Positions 1-6,725 of a DNA stretch of 10,239 bases are shown here, one piece after another. A program made the translations under genes and the position numbers. Source of the stretch: Candidatus Bipolaricaulota bacterium (lineage in GTDB: Bacteria > Bipolaricaulota > Bipolaricaulia > UBA7950 > UBA9294); contig WFSM01000096.1 of NCBI GenBank assembly GCA_015485945.1, forward strand, positions 1 through 10,239, given 5' to 3'. Under the pieces are notes generated by a model, which ran no database searches, was not told the DNA's origin, and was given only the letters and a program-made list of their open reading frames with translations. How positions within the stretch are numbered: position 1 is the stretch's first letter; the number at the start of each line of letters is the position of its first letter.

Positions 1-37
1 CCGATCACCACCAAATCGAACTGCGCCATTCCCTAAA

Positions 38-784
38 TTACTTCTCCCGGCGCGGAAACGCCCTGAAGATGTCGATTGGCACCGGGAAGATCACGGTGGA
101 CGAGTTTTCCGACGAGATGTCGATCAACGTCTGGAGATAACGCAGCTGGATCGCGGCGGGGTTGCGCTCGATGATCGCCGCCGCTTCGGACAACTTGGTC
201 GCCGCCTGCAACTCACCCTCGGCGTTGATGATCTTGGCACGGCGCTCGCGCTCCGCTTCAGCCTGCCGCGCAATCGCCCGCTGCATGTCCCCGGGGATCT
301 TCACGTCCTTGATCTCCACCGTCTTTACCTTGATCCCCCACGGATCGGTTTGTTCATCGATGATTTCCTGGAGCTTGAGGTTGATCTTCTCGCGTTCAGC
401 AAGGATCTCGTCGAGCTCAACCCCACCGAGGACGCTGCGCAGCGTGGTCATCGCGATCTGGCGGGTGGCCTCGATGTAGTTCTGTACCTCGACCACCGCC
501 GCGGACGGGTCGACGACGCGGAAAAATAGAACTGCGTTCACCAGTGTGGACACGTTGTCTTTGGTGATCACCTCCTGCGGCGGCACGTCAAGGGTGACAA
601 CGCGCAGACTTACCTTGACCATCTTGTCGACGATCGGCAGGAGGATAAAGATCCCCGGTCCCTTCGCCCCGACAAGCCGTCCCAACCGGAAGATCACTCC
701 CCGTTCGTACTCCCGCACTACTCGAATCGAATTCAGTAGGAAAATAATCACTATTCCTACAATAACGCCAATCGTTATCGCCAT
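38..784 (-). CDS. SPFH/band-7 family protein (stomatin/prohibitin-like membrane protein)
   Basis: The 248 aa ORF starts with a hydrophobic membrane anchor ([20 protein letters not shown]). A typical SPFH core follows ([16 protein letters not shown]...[11 protein letters not shown]...), then a coiled-coil Ala/Glu/Arg-rich region ([23 protein letters not shown]). An SD-like GGGGAGGGG lies 5-6 nt upstream of the ATG at 784. Confidence 0.85.
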   Translation of the reverse strand: MAITIGVIVGIVIIFLLNSIRVVREYERGVIFRLGRLVGAKGPGIFILLPIVDKMVKVSLRVVTLDVPPQEVITKDNVSTLVNAVLFFRVVDPSAAVVEVQNYIEATRQIAMTTLRSVLGGVELDEILAEREKINLKLQEIIDEQTDPWGIKVKTVEIKDVKIPGDMQRAIARQAEAERERRAKIINAEGELQAATKLSEAAAIIERNPAAIQLRYLQTLIDISSENSSTVIFPVPIDIFRAFPRREK

Positions 785-817
785 ATTCCCCTCCCCGAGA
801 TTGTTGGTACCACTTTG

Positions 818-846
818 ATCTTAGGAGGTAACAACGCCAGAGTCAA
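818..846 (-). promoter_or_regulatory. putative sigma70-like promoter for the SPFH gene (TTGACT-17 nt-TAAGAT, read on the minus strand)
   Basis: A -35 TTGACT lies at 846..841, overlapping the HAD gene stop. A 17 nt spacer follows, then a -10 TAAGAT at 823..818. This would give a ~25 nt leader carrying the SD. The call rests on sequence motif only. Confidence 0.25.
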
Positions 847-1502
847 TTATCACGCTCAAACTGAGATATCAATGGCGGGAGTTCGGAGAAATCGGAGATC
901 ACATGCGCCGCCACCTGGAGCAACTCATCGTCTTTTGGATTCACCGCCACCGGCAGGCCAACGATGCGCATCACCGGGATGTCGTTGATGTGATCCCCAA
1001 CGAAACACATCGCATCAAGCGGAATCCCGCGCTCCACCGCGATTTCACGCAGCACTTCATCCTTGCTCCACAGATCGACAACGATCTCGCTGTCACCGGT
1101 AAAGCGGCCGTTTTCGACGAGGATGCGGTTTGCCAACGCGAAATCGAACCCGAGATCGTCCTTGACATAGTCGGCAACGAGGTTCACCCCGGAGGAGATG
1201 ATTCCGAGCACGTACTTACCGCGCAGCGCGGCAACCGCTTCCCGTACTCCATGTGCGTATGGCGGCGGGAAGATGTGAGCGGCGATCTGTGACACGGAAA
1301 TCCCGGCGAGTAACGCCGCATCCTGGGCCACCCACTCCCGGTACGCGTCTCGGCGCGGGAGGTACTCGGCGAGCAACTTCTCGGAGTCCTCTCGCACTCC
1401 GGCAGCGGCGGCGATCGCCCCCCAACTCGATTCGAACTCTACTCCGTGGTAACGGACAAGCGTGCCGTCAAGGTCGAACACGACCGCCGCGAGTTTCCCC
1501 AT
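843..1502 (-). CDS. HAD-superfamily hydrolase, subfamily IB (phosphoserine-phosphatase-like)
   Basis: The 219 aa ORF carries HAD motif I, DLDGTL, at residues 10-15. It also has a C-terminal GDHINDIPVM motif (a GDxxND-type motif IV) and an overall SerB-like/HAD-IB layout. Its ATG at 1502 sits 2 nt after the TAG stop of the upstream beta-helix gene (TAGGGATG), with GGGGAG ~9 nt upstream. Confidence 0.8.
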   Translation of the reverse strand: MGKLAAVVFDLDGTLVRYHGVEFESSWGAIAAAAGVREDSEKLLAEYLPRRDAYREWVAQDAALLAGISVSQIAAHIFPPPYAHGVREAVAALRGKYVLGIISSGVNLVADYVKDDLGFDFALANRILVENGRFTGDSEIVVDLWSKDEVLREIAVERGIPLDAMCFVGDHINDIPVMRIVGLPVAVNPKDDELLQVAAHVISDFSELPPLISQFERDN

Positions 1503-1504
1503 CC

Positions 1505-3424
1505 CTACTTGCTCCCCGGCAGAGTAAGAACGGTTCCATCACCGATTCCGTTGGCCGCGATGAATCCCTGTGGAAGTTCGAGCGCGTATTGGAACGCTCC
1601 CTTCGCCGTGTACAACTGCTTTTTTTTGGCGTTAGCAGCATACACCTTCATCGTGGTGCCGCCGGCGAACTTGCCGGACTTGTCGAAGAAAACGATATCG
1701 ATCGGGAAGTGCACCGTTTCCATCGTGAACTGAACTTTAACTTCCTGCGTAAACGAGAACAGAATCGCCGGGAACACGGTGCGCAGGGACGGTGGGAACC
1801 CGCGAAATCCGGTGAACCGGGAGTACGGCTTGTCTGCAGCCAACGCGGTGACCGAGATTTTCTTCCCTGCTTTGGTCGTAAGCGTGAGTGTCTCTTTCGT
1901 AAGCGCACTCAGCACCCCAAGGTCGCCCGCGGCGCCGGCGGTGGTCATAATGGGAGCGGTGTCCTGCGCAGTGGACGGATAGACGGTCATCGGAGTGTCA
2001 CCGATACCGTCCTTGTTGGTATCCTTGCCGGTATACGTCGCCCAGTAATTTCCCACTCCGGACTGTGTCCACGTGTTGCCGTTACCATAGTCCTCCACTA
2101 CCGCCTTGCCGGTATCCAAAAAATAGTCGCCGTATATCATGTTTGCTTCGGAATCCTTGTTCAGGTAAAGATCTTTTTGGTTTTCGGAGAACACGTTGTC
2201 GCTGATAACATTCCCCACCACTTTTACCTTTCCGTACGTTTCGGGGAACAGAATCCCCTGGCTCTGTTGGGCGATCAGGTTGTGGGAAATGGTGTTGTAA
2301 CTGCCCGTCACCTCGACACCGTACGCACCAGCAACAATGGTGTTAAACGACACGGTGTTGTCCGCGCCGGTCTTGGAGATGGAGATACCCGTTTCCGCTT
2401 CGGCGATCGAATTCTGCGTGATTACGTTGCCGGTCGCCTGCCCGATTGCTATCCCGTATTTCGTATTCTTTTGGTAGATGATGTTCTGTGTGATCTTATT
2501 GTCCGTTGATCCGGCGGATAGCTGGATCCCGGTGGGATTGGCAGCGATCGCGTTGTTGGAAATCACGTTGTTGTCCGATGCGGCAACAAGTGCACCGAAA
2601 TTATTGGCCATTAACTGATTGTCGGTCACGGTGTTGTTCTTGGACAGCCACAGAAATAAGCCGGCAAAGCGGTTGTTCACCAAAATGTTATTGGTAACCG
2701 TGTTATTGTCGGATCGATACAGGGTAAGTCCGTGCTCGGTGTACACCGGATTGGTGCGCCGGGCTTCATTGTTGCGAATGATGGAGTTGGTCACAAACGC
2801 AAGCTGGATCCCGCCTCCGTTGACAATTGTGTTATTTTCGATCGTCACTCCGTCGCTGGCGACGACGTACAGGCACGTGCCTTTGATTCCACTCACCGTA
2901 CCGCCATGTTGTCCGTAGATGTAATGGATCGGCGCGTTATTAAGTATGTTGGTGGTGTCGATCGCCAGGTTGTACTCCGCCGGTGACTCGCCGATGACCC
3001 GCAGCCCCATTCCCTGAACGTCAATGACATTCATTTTCATGGTGATGGCGGTGGATGACGATATGTCAATCCCATTCAGCGAGTTGGAAATAGTGCACCC
3101 CTCGATTGTTGCCCCAGACACAAACCCGAGGTGGATCGCCGCTCCAAGAGGATCCATCGCGCCGCGGATTATGAGTCCCCGCAACACGAAATGCGCGGTC
3201 GTGTTCTGAATGTTGATCGCGTACGACGCCGTCTGGGGAACATCAATCTCCCAGCCAGCGATGATGTACGGATCAGTCGCGGTCCCGTTTCCTCCGATCA
3301 CTCCGTTCGCCGCGGTGAAGTCCGAATTACCAAGAATGGTTATCGGGGCATGCGTTCCAGCAACCCCGACAACGGCCATGAGCGCCAATCCGAGCAAAAA
3401 AACACCTATCATCCTAATGTGCAT
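1505..3424 (-). CDS. secreted right-handed parallel beta-helix (NosD/PbH1-repeat) protein with C-terminal DUF192 domain
   Basis: The track ORF runs 1505..3988, but its first 188 codons overlap the divergent 3663..4667 gene and lack an RBS. The internal ATG at 3424 is preceded by GAAGGAGAG 6-8 nt upstream. It opens a signal peptide, MHIRMIGVFLLGLALMAVVGVAGTHA. Repeated beta-helix rungs follow (NNxIxxNxxGIxL, ITQNxI...). A NosD-type motif is present: GNYWATYTGKDTNKDGIGDTPMTVYP. The C-terminal ~100 aa match DUF192/COG1430 (VHFPIDIVFFDKSGKF...GAFQYALELPQGFIAANGIGDG). Confidence 0.75.
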   Translation of the reverse strand: MHIRMIGVFLLGLALMAVVGVAGTHAPITILGNSDFTAANGVIGGNGTATDPYIIAGWEIDVPQTASYAINIQNTTAHFVLRGLIIRGAMDPLGAAIHLGFVSGATIEGCTISNSLNGIDISSSTAITMKMNVIDVQGMGLRVIGESPAEYNLAIDTTNILNNAPIHYIYGQHGGTVSGIKGTCLYVVASDGVTIENNTIVNGGGIQLAFVTNSIIRNNEARRTNPVYTEHGLTLYRSDNNTVTNNILVNNRFAGLFLWLSKNNTVTDNQLMANNFGALVAASDNNVISNNAIAANPTGIQLSAGSTDNKITQNIIYQKNTKYGIAIGQATGNVITQNSIAEAETGISISKTGADNTVSFNTIVAGAYGVEVTGSYNTISHNLIAQQSQGILFPETYGKVKVVGNVISDNVFSENQKDLYLNKDSEANMIYGDYFLDTGKAVVEDYGNGNTWTQSGVGNYWATYTGKDTNKDGIGDTPMTVYPSTAQDTAPIMTTAGAAGDLGVLSALTKETLTLTTKAGKKISVTALAADKPYSRFTGFRGFPPSLRTVFPAILFSFTQEVKVQFTMETVHFPIDIVFFDKSGKFAGGTTMKVYAANAKKKQLYTAKGAFQYALELPQGFIAANGIGDGTVLTLPGSK

Positions 3425-3458
3425 GTCAATCTCTCCTTCGCGTATAACCCAATTTTCT

Positions 3459-3487
3459 ATTATAGCCCGGCTCAACAGCACGAGCAA
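3459..3487 (-). promoter_or_regulatory. putative promoter of the beta-helix/HAD/SPFH gene run (consensus -10 TATAAT, weak -35 TTGCTC)
   Basis: The minus strand reads TTGCTC-17 nt-TATAAT. The -10 is the reverse complement of plus-strand attata at 3459..3464; the -35 corresponds to plus 3482..3487. This would leave a ~27 nt leader carrying the AAGGAG RBS. The call rests on motif only. Confidence 0.3.
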
Positions 3488-3649
3488 TACAACTCTACTC
3501 AAACGCAATAAAGATTCGATGGTGGAAAAATGGAGGAATGGTGAACGCCCGCATGACCAATTTCCCGTGATCCCGTAGTACCACCGCCAACGTGTCCGAC
3601 GTCCGATGAAAACGGGCGCGAAATGACCGGCAGCGGCCGCGAACGCCGC

Positions 3650-3655
3650 TATACT
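3650..3655 (+). promoter_or_regulatory. possible -10 element (TATACT) 7 nt upstream of the ATG at 3663, suggesting a leaderless transcript
   Basis: TATACT at 3650..3655 is followed by ggatggc and then ATG. No convincing SD or -35 is present, so this is weak. Confidence 0.2.
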
Positions 3656-3662
3656 GGATGGC

Positions 3663-4667
3663 ATGAAACTGTCGGGTGTAATGCGCTTCCTCAGTGTCTG
3701 TTTGGTCATCATCACCCTATTTGGAGTCGGGTCCAACCGCGGGTCAACCTCTGCCTCGTCCGCATTTCCCCTCTCCCCGCACAATCGGGTGGGAGTGTAC
3801 CTGACGTCGTACTCCCTGACTAAACCGGGAACGCTTGCCAGCGTGCTTGCCGCCGCCCAGGCGGGCATGATCAACGCCGTGGTGATAAACGTAAAAAATA
3901 TGCACGGCGAAATTACGTACGCGAGCAACGTCCCATTGGCACGGAAGATCGGGGCAGTTGCAACCAGAATTGACCCCCGCACCATCATCCCTAAACTCCA
4001 CGCCGCCGGGATCTACGTGATCGCCCGACAGGTCCTGTTCTACGATCCCAAACTGGCTGCCTATCTCGGGATTTCCGGAGCGTGGGTATCGCCGGAGAGC
4101 CCGCAAGTAGTTGCCTACAACCTCGCGATCGCGAATGAGACAGCGTCACTTGGGTTTGACGAGATCCAATTCGACTACCTGCGGTTCCCGGATGGCGAGG
4201 GCCTTGGAACCGGATACGGCCCGCGCTATGCCGCAATCGATGCGTTTCTCGATCGCGCGCGTCGTCTCCTCGCCGGCCGTGTTTTCATCTCCGCTGATCT
4301 GTTCGGTCGGGTGATGTGGAACTGGAACAAAAAGTTAATCGACCCGATCGGCCAATCGCTGGAACAAATCGGCGCCCGGGTTGACTTTCTTTCTCCGATG
4401 CTTTACCCATCCCACTATCACGAGCAGTACTACAAGAGCGACCCGTACCGGGTGGTGCACGATGCGCTTGTCACTGGTCGCGCCCGGGTAACCACGCCAA
4501 TTCGTCCGTTCCTGCAGGCGTTTGATCTTGATATTCCCCGCGGAATGTCGCTGGAGGATTACATCCGCGCTGAGATCAAGGCGGTGCAAGATGTCGGAGC
4601 GGATGGATATCTGTTTTGGAACCCAAGTTCCGACTACACCGCCCTGTATCGCGCCCTGTCCCGGTAG
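3663..4667 (+). CDS. secreted DUF4015-family putative glycoside-hydrolase-like (TIM-barrel) protein
   Basis: The 334 aa ORF has an N-terminal signal/anchor, MKLSGVMRFLSVCLVIITLFGVGS. GMINAVVINVKNMHGEITY and DEIQFDYLRFPDGEG resemble conserved blocks of Pfam DUF4015 (lNavViDvKdd.G; fDeiqfDYiRFP), recalled from memory. The stop is TAG at 4665..4667. Confidence 0.6.
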   Translation: MKLSGVMRFLSVCLVIITLFGVGSNRGSTSASSAFPLSPHNRVGVYLTSYSLTKPGTLASVLAAAQAGMINAVVINVKNMHGEITYASNVPLARKIGAVATRIDPRTIIPKLHAAGIYVIARQVLFYDPKLAAYLGISGAWVSPESPQVVAYNLAIANETASLGFDEIQFDYLRFPDGEGLGTGYGPRYAAIDAFLDRARRLLAGRVFISADLFGRVMWNWNKKLIDPIGQSLEQIGARVDFLSPMLYPSHYHEQYYKSDPYRVVHDALVTGRARVTTPIRPFLQAFDLDIPRGMSLEDYIRAEIKAVQDVGADGYLFWNPSSDYTALYRALSR

Positions 4668-4713
4668 GCTTTATCCCTGTGTTCGTTTACAGTACCATCG
4701 CCGGTAAGGAGGA

Positions 4714-5775
4714 ATGATGCAGCCCATCGAGGAATGGATCCGCACCAACCTAGACGTGGAGTGGACCAACTCGGCAACACTCCGCTACGCCGCGATGGAC
4801 CACCAGGCACCGCCCGACCTCGGGGGGGTATACCGCGATTACACTCCGGAGCGGGTCGATGACTGGATTGACCTAACGCTCATCATGGCGTACCTGGCCG
4901 CGCTGGGAACGACCGGGCGGATTCTCGACGTCGGCACCGGTGATGGATGGCCAGCGCTCCCGCTCGCTCCGTACGTGGATCGAGTAGTCGGGATCGATGC
5001 CACCTCCAAGCGGATCAATACGGCGGAGGCAAACCGGGCCCGGCGCGGGCACGAAAATGTGGAGTTCCGGCACGCTGCCTGCGAGCAAATCCCGTTTCCG
5101 ACTCACAGCTTCGACGGCGCCGTCGCCGGGACAGCGATTGAACAAGCGGTGGATCCGGGCGCGTGTTTGCGCGAGATTTATCGCGTGCTGAAGCGGGGCG
5201 GTGCCCTCGTTGCCACGGTCGAACACCTGGCGGGAGAACTCGGCGAACGCTCCGAGCAACAAGTGGAGTTGTTTCAGCGCGGCGACCGCTTCTGGTACCG
5301 CTACGCCGTAAAGGAGCCCGCCCCGCCGCGGGAGGTGGAGTACCTGGTTGAGATCAACCCCGATCCCCAATTGGAAGCAACCGCCGCCGCATTTCCGCAC
5401 CGGTCCGGATTTACCCGCCGGAAAGGAGAACCGGGAATGCAGCCCCTCACCTCCGCAATCGCTGCCGCATGTGGGCTCCCGTTATTGGAGCAGGTGCGTG
5501 ACAAAATCGTGCGGACACGCGGGTTCGAGCTTCACCACTATACCGTAGCCTCCCTGCGCCAAGCCCTCACTGCTGCTGGATTCTCGCGGGTACAAATCCG
5601 CGGGCCGATCACCCGGATCGCGAGTCGGTGTTTCATCGGACTGCATGAATCCGGCACTCTCCCCCACCTGCGCCCGTGGTTCGCCCACATCTGCCGCGGG
5701 CTCGCGGAAGCGTGGGCAGAGGTCCCAGCGGAGGAAAGTTCGCTCCTATTTATACGCGCGAGAAAGGAGACGTGA
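4714..5775 (+). CDS. class I SAM-dependent methyltransferase with ~150 aa C-terminal extension of unknown function
   Basis: AAGGAGG lies immediately upstream of the tandem ATGATG at 4714/4717. Motif I is ILDVGTGDGWPALPLA; post I is VVGIDAT; motif III is VLKRGGALV. The C-terminal region (residues ~200-353) is unrecognised. The TGA stop at 5773..5775 overlaps the next gene's ATG. Confidence 0.85.
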   Translation: MMQPIEEWIRTNLDVEWTNSATLRYAAMDHQAPPDLGGVYRDYTPERVDDWIDLTLIMAYLAALGTTGRILDVGTGDGWPALPLAPYVDRVVGIDATSKRINTAEANRARRGHENVEFRHAACEQIPFPTHSFDGAVAGTAIEQAVDPGACLREIYRVLKRGGALVATVEHLAGELGERSEQQVELFQRGDRFWYRYAVKEPAPPREVEYLVEINPDPQLEATAAAFPHRSGFTRRKGEPGMQPLTSAIAAACGLPLLEQVRDKIVRTRGFELHHYTVASLRQALTAAGFSRVQIRGPITRIASRCFIGLHESGTLPHLRPWFAHICRGLAEAWAEVPAEESSLLFIRARKET

Positions 5776-6725
5776 TGATCGACGTGCGAGAAAGCGCGCA
5801 CTATGTGATGAACCATGCTGCTTCCGTTGAAATCAACGCAAACGCGGTCCCGGGATTGGCAGCGGAGCTTCTTCCAATTCCAGTTCCTGACTGGGACTGC
5901 GTTTATCACTACTGCGATGGGACGGTACGCACCGCGGCCTACCTATTTGTGGTCGATTCCCTCAACTTCTGCTTCTTCCCGGTACCTCGTTGGCAGGTGG
6001 TTGTAAATGACGAACAGCTAAGCGGGTACTTCGCACTCACCGCGGTCCTGAAACAGGCACTCCTCGCCGGCCGGCCGATCGACGATTTTCGGTACTTGGC
6101 CACCGTTCCCGCCGCGGAGGTGAAAGAAATCCTCCACGGCGAAGTCAGGATCGGGGAGATACCGCTATTCGCGGACCGGGTCGCGATCCTGCACGAGATC
6201 GGAACGCAGATGACCGCGCGCTACGACGGCAGACCGGACAATCTCATTGCCGCCGCCGATAACAGTGCACTTCAGCTCGTCGAGCTGATAGTGGAGGCGT
6301 TTCCGTCGTTCCGCGACGAAGCGGATTACAACGGGAAACGGGTCGGCTTCTACAAGCGGGCGCAGATTCTCGCCGGCGACCTGTACGCGTGTTTTTCCGG
6401 GCGATCGTACGGTGCGTTTCACGACATCGCTCGCTTAACCGCGTTTGCCGACTACAAACTCCCCCAGCTCCTGCGCGCCGCCGGGGTATTGCACTACTCC
6501 GATACGTTGGCAGCGACAGTCGACAACGAGGAATGGATCGCTGCCGGCTCCCGGGAAGAGATCGAGATCCGCGCCGCCACGATCGTCGCGATCGAATTAG
6601 TACGGGACGCCCTTGCCCGCCGTGGCAGGCGCCTCCTTTCCCTCGAGCTCGATTGGCTGCTGTGGCATGCATCCCAACACAGGAAGATGGCGCCCCACCA
6701 CCGTACCCGCACCACGTTCTACTGA
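5775..6725 (+). CDS. DUF2419 / Qng1-like queuosine salvage protein (queuosine-5'-phosphate/queuosine N-glycosylase homolog)
   Basis: The track ORF starts at 5676. I prefer the ATG at 5775: AAAGGAGA lies 5 nt upstream and it overlaps the methyltransferase stop as TGATG. The 316 aa product aligns block by block with eukaryotic C9orf64/Qng1 as recalled from memory: FVVDSLNFCFF vs FVTDTLNFSFW; GKRVGFYKRAQILAGDL vs GKRVSFYKRAQILVADT; LTAFADYKLPQLL vs ITMFADYRLPQVL; EEIEIRAATIVAIELVRD vs QEVEIRGCSLWCVELIRD. Confidence 0.8.
   Translation: MIDVRESAHYVMNHAASVEINANAVPGLAAELLPIPVPDWDCVYHYCDGTVRTAAYLFVVDSLNFCFFPVPRWQVVVNDEQLSGYFALTAVLKQALLAGRPIDDFRYLATVPAAEVKEILHGEVRIGEIPLFADRVAILHEIGTQMTARYDGRPDNLIAAADNSALQLVELIVEAFPSFRDEADYNGKRVGFYKRAQILAGDLYACFSGRSYGAFHDIARLTAFADYKLPQLLRAAGVLHYSDTLAATVDNEEWIAAGSREEIEIRAATIVAIELVRDALARRGRRLLSLELDWLLWHASQHRKMAPHHRTRTTFY

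Noticed and set aside
821-830. Plus-strand AGGAGG (ttaggaggta) that looks like an SD
   Set aside because: No plausible plus-strand ORF starts downstream of it. It lies in the minus-strand promoter/leader region of the SPFH gene.
1253-2509. 418 aa plus-strand ORF antisense to the beta-helix gene
   Set aside because: It is extremely Arg/Gly/Pro-rich (RRSVTRKSRRVTPHPGPP...) with no recognisable domain, and lies wholly antisense to a well-supported CDS. This is a typical high-GC frame artefact.
3425-3662. Looked for a preQ1 or other riboswitch, or a terminator hairpin, in the divergent intergenic region and in the 46 nt spacer at 4668..4713
   Set aside because: No preQ1-I/II-like consensus was found (no conserved ...CCC(U/A)UAAAAAACUA... 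tail). There is only a weak 6 bp inverted repeat, AGCGGC/GCCGCT, at 3632..3650. The region fits better as divergent promoters.
3425-3988. N-terminal 188-codon extension of the 1505..3988 ORF
   Set aside because: It overlaps the divergent DUF4015 gene and its upstream region and has no RBS. The internal ATG at 3424 has AAGGAG 8 nt upstream and a canonical signal peptide.
4873-5400. 175 aa minus-strand ORF antisense to the methyltransferase gene. Similar antisense ORFs lie at 5538..5909, 6244..6672, 7396..7795 and 8631..9188.
   Set aside because: All are antisense to strongly supported genes and Arg/Pro/Gly-rich with no motifs. They are GC-content artefacts.
5676-5774. Upstream start for the Qng1-like ORF at 5676
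   Set aside because: It would overlap the methyltransferase 3' end by 100 nt in another frame. The ATG at 5775 has an AAAGGAGA RBS and the stop/start overlap TGATG.
6389-6724. 112-codon N-terminal extension of the tgt ORF
   Set aside because: It is Arg-rich, overlaps the Qng1-like gene, and extends far beyond the conserved Tgt N-terminus. The ATG at 6725 aligns with E. coli Tgt Met1 spacing and overlaps the upstream stop.
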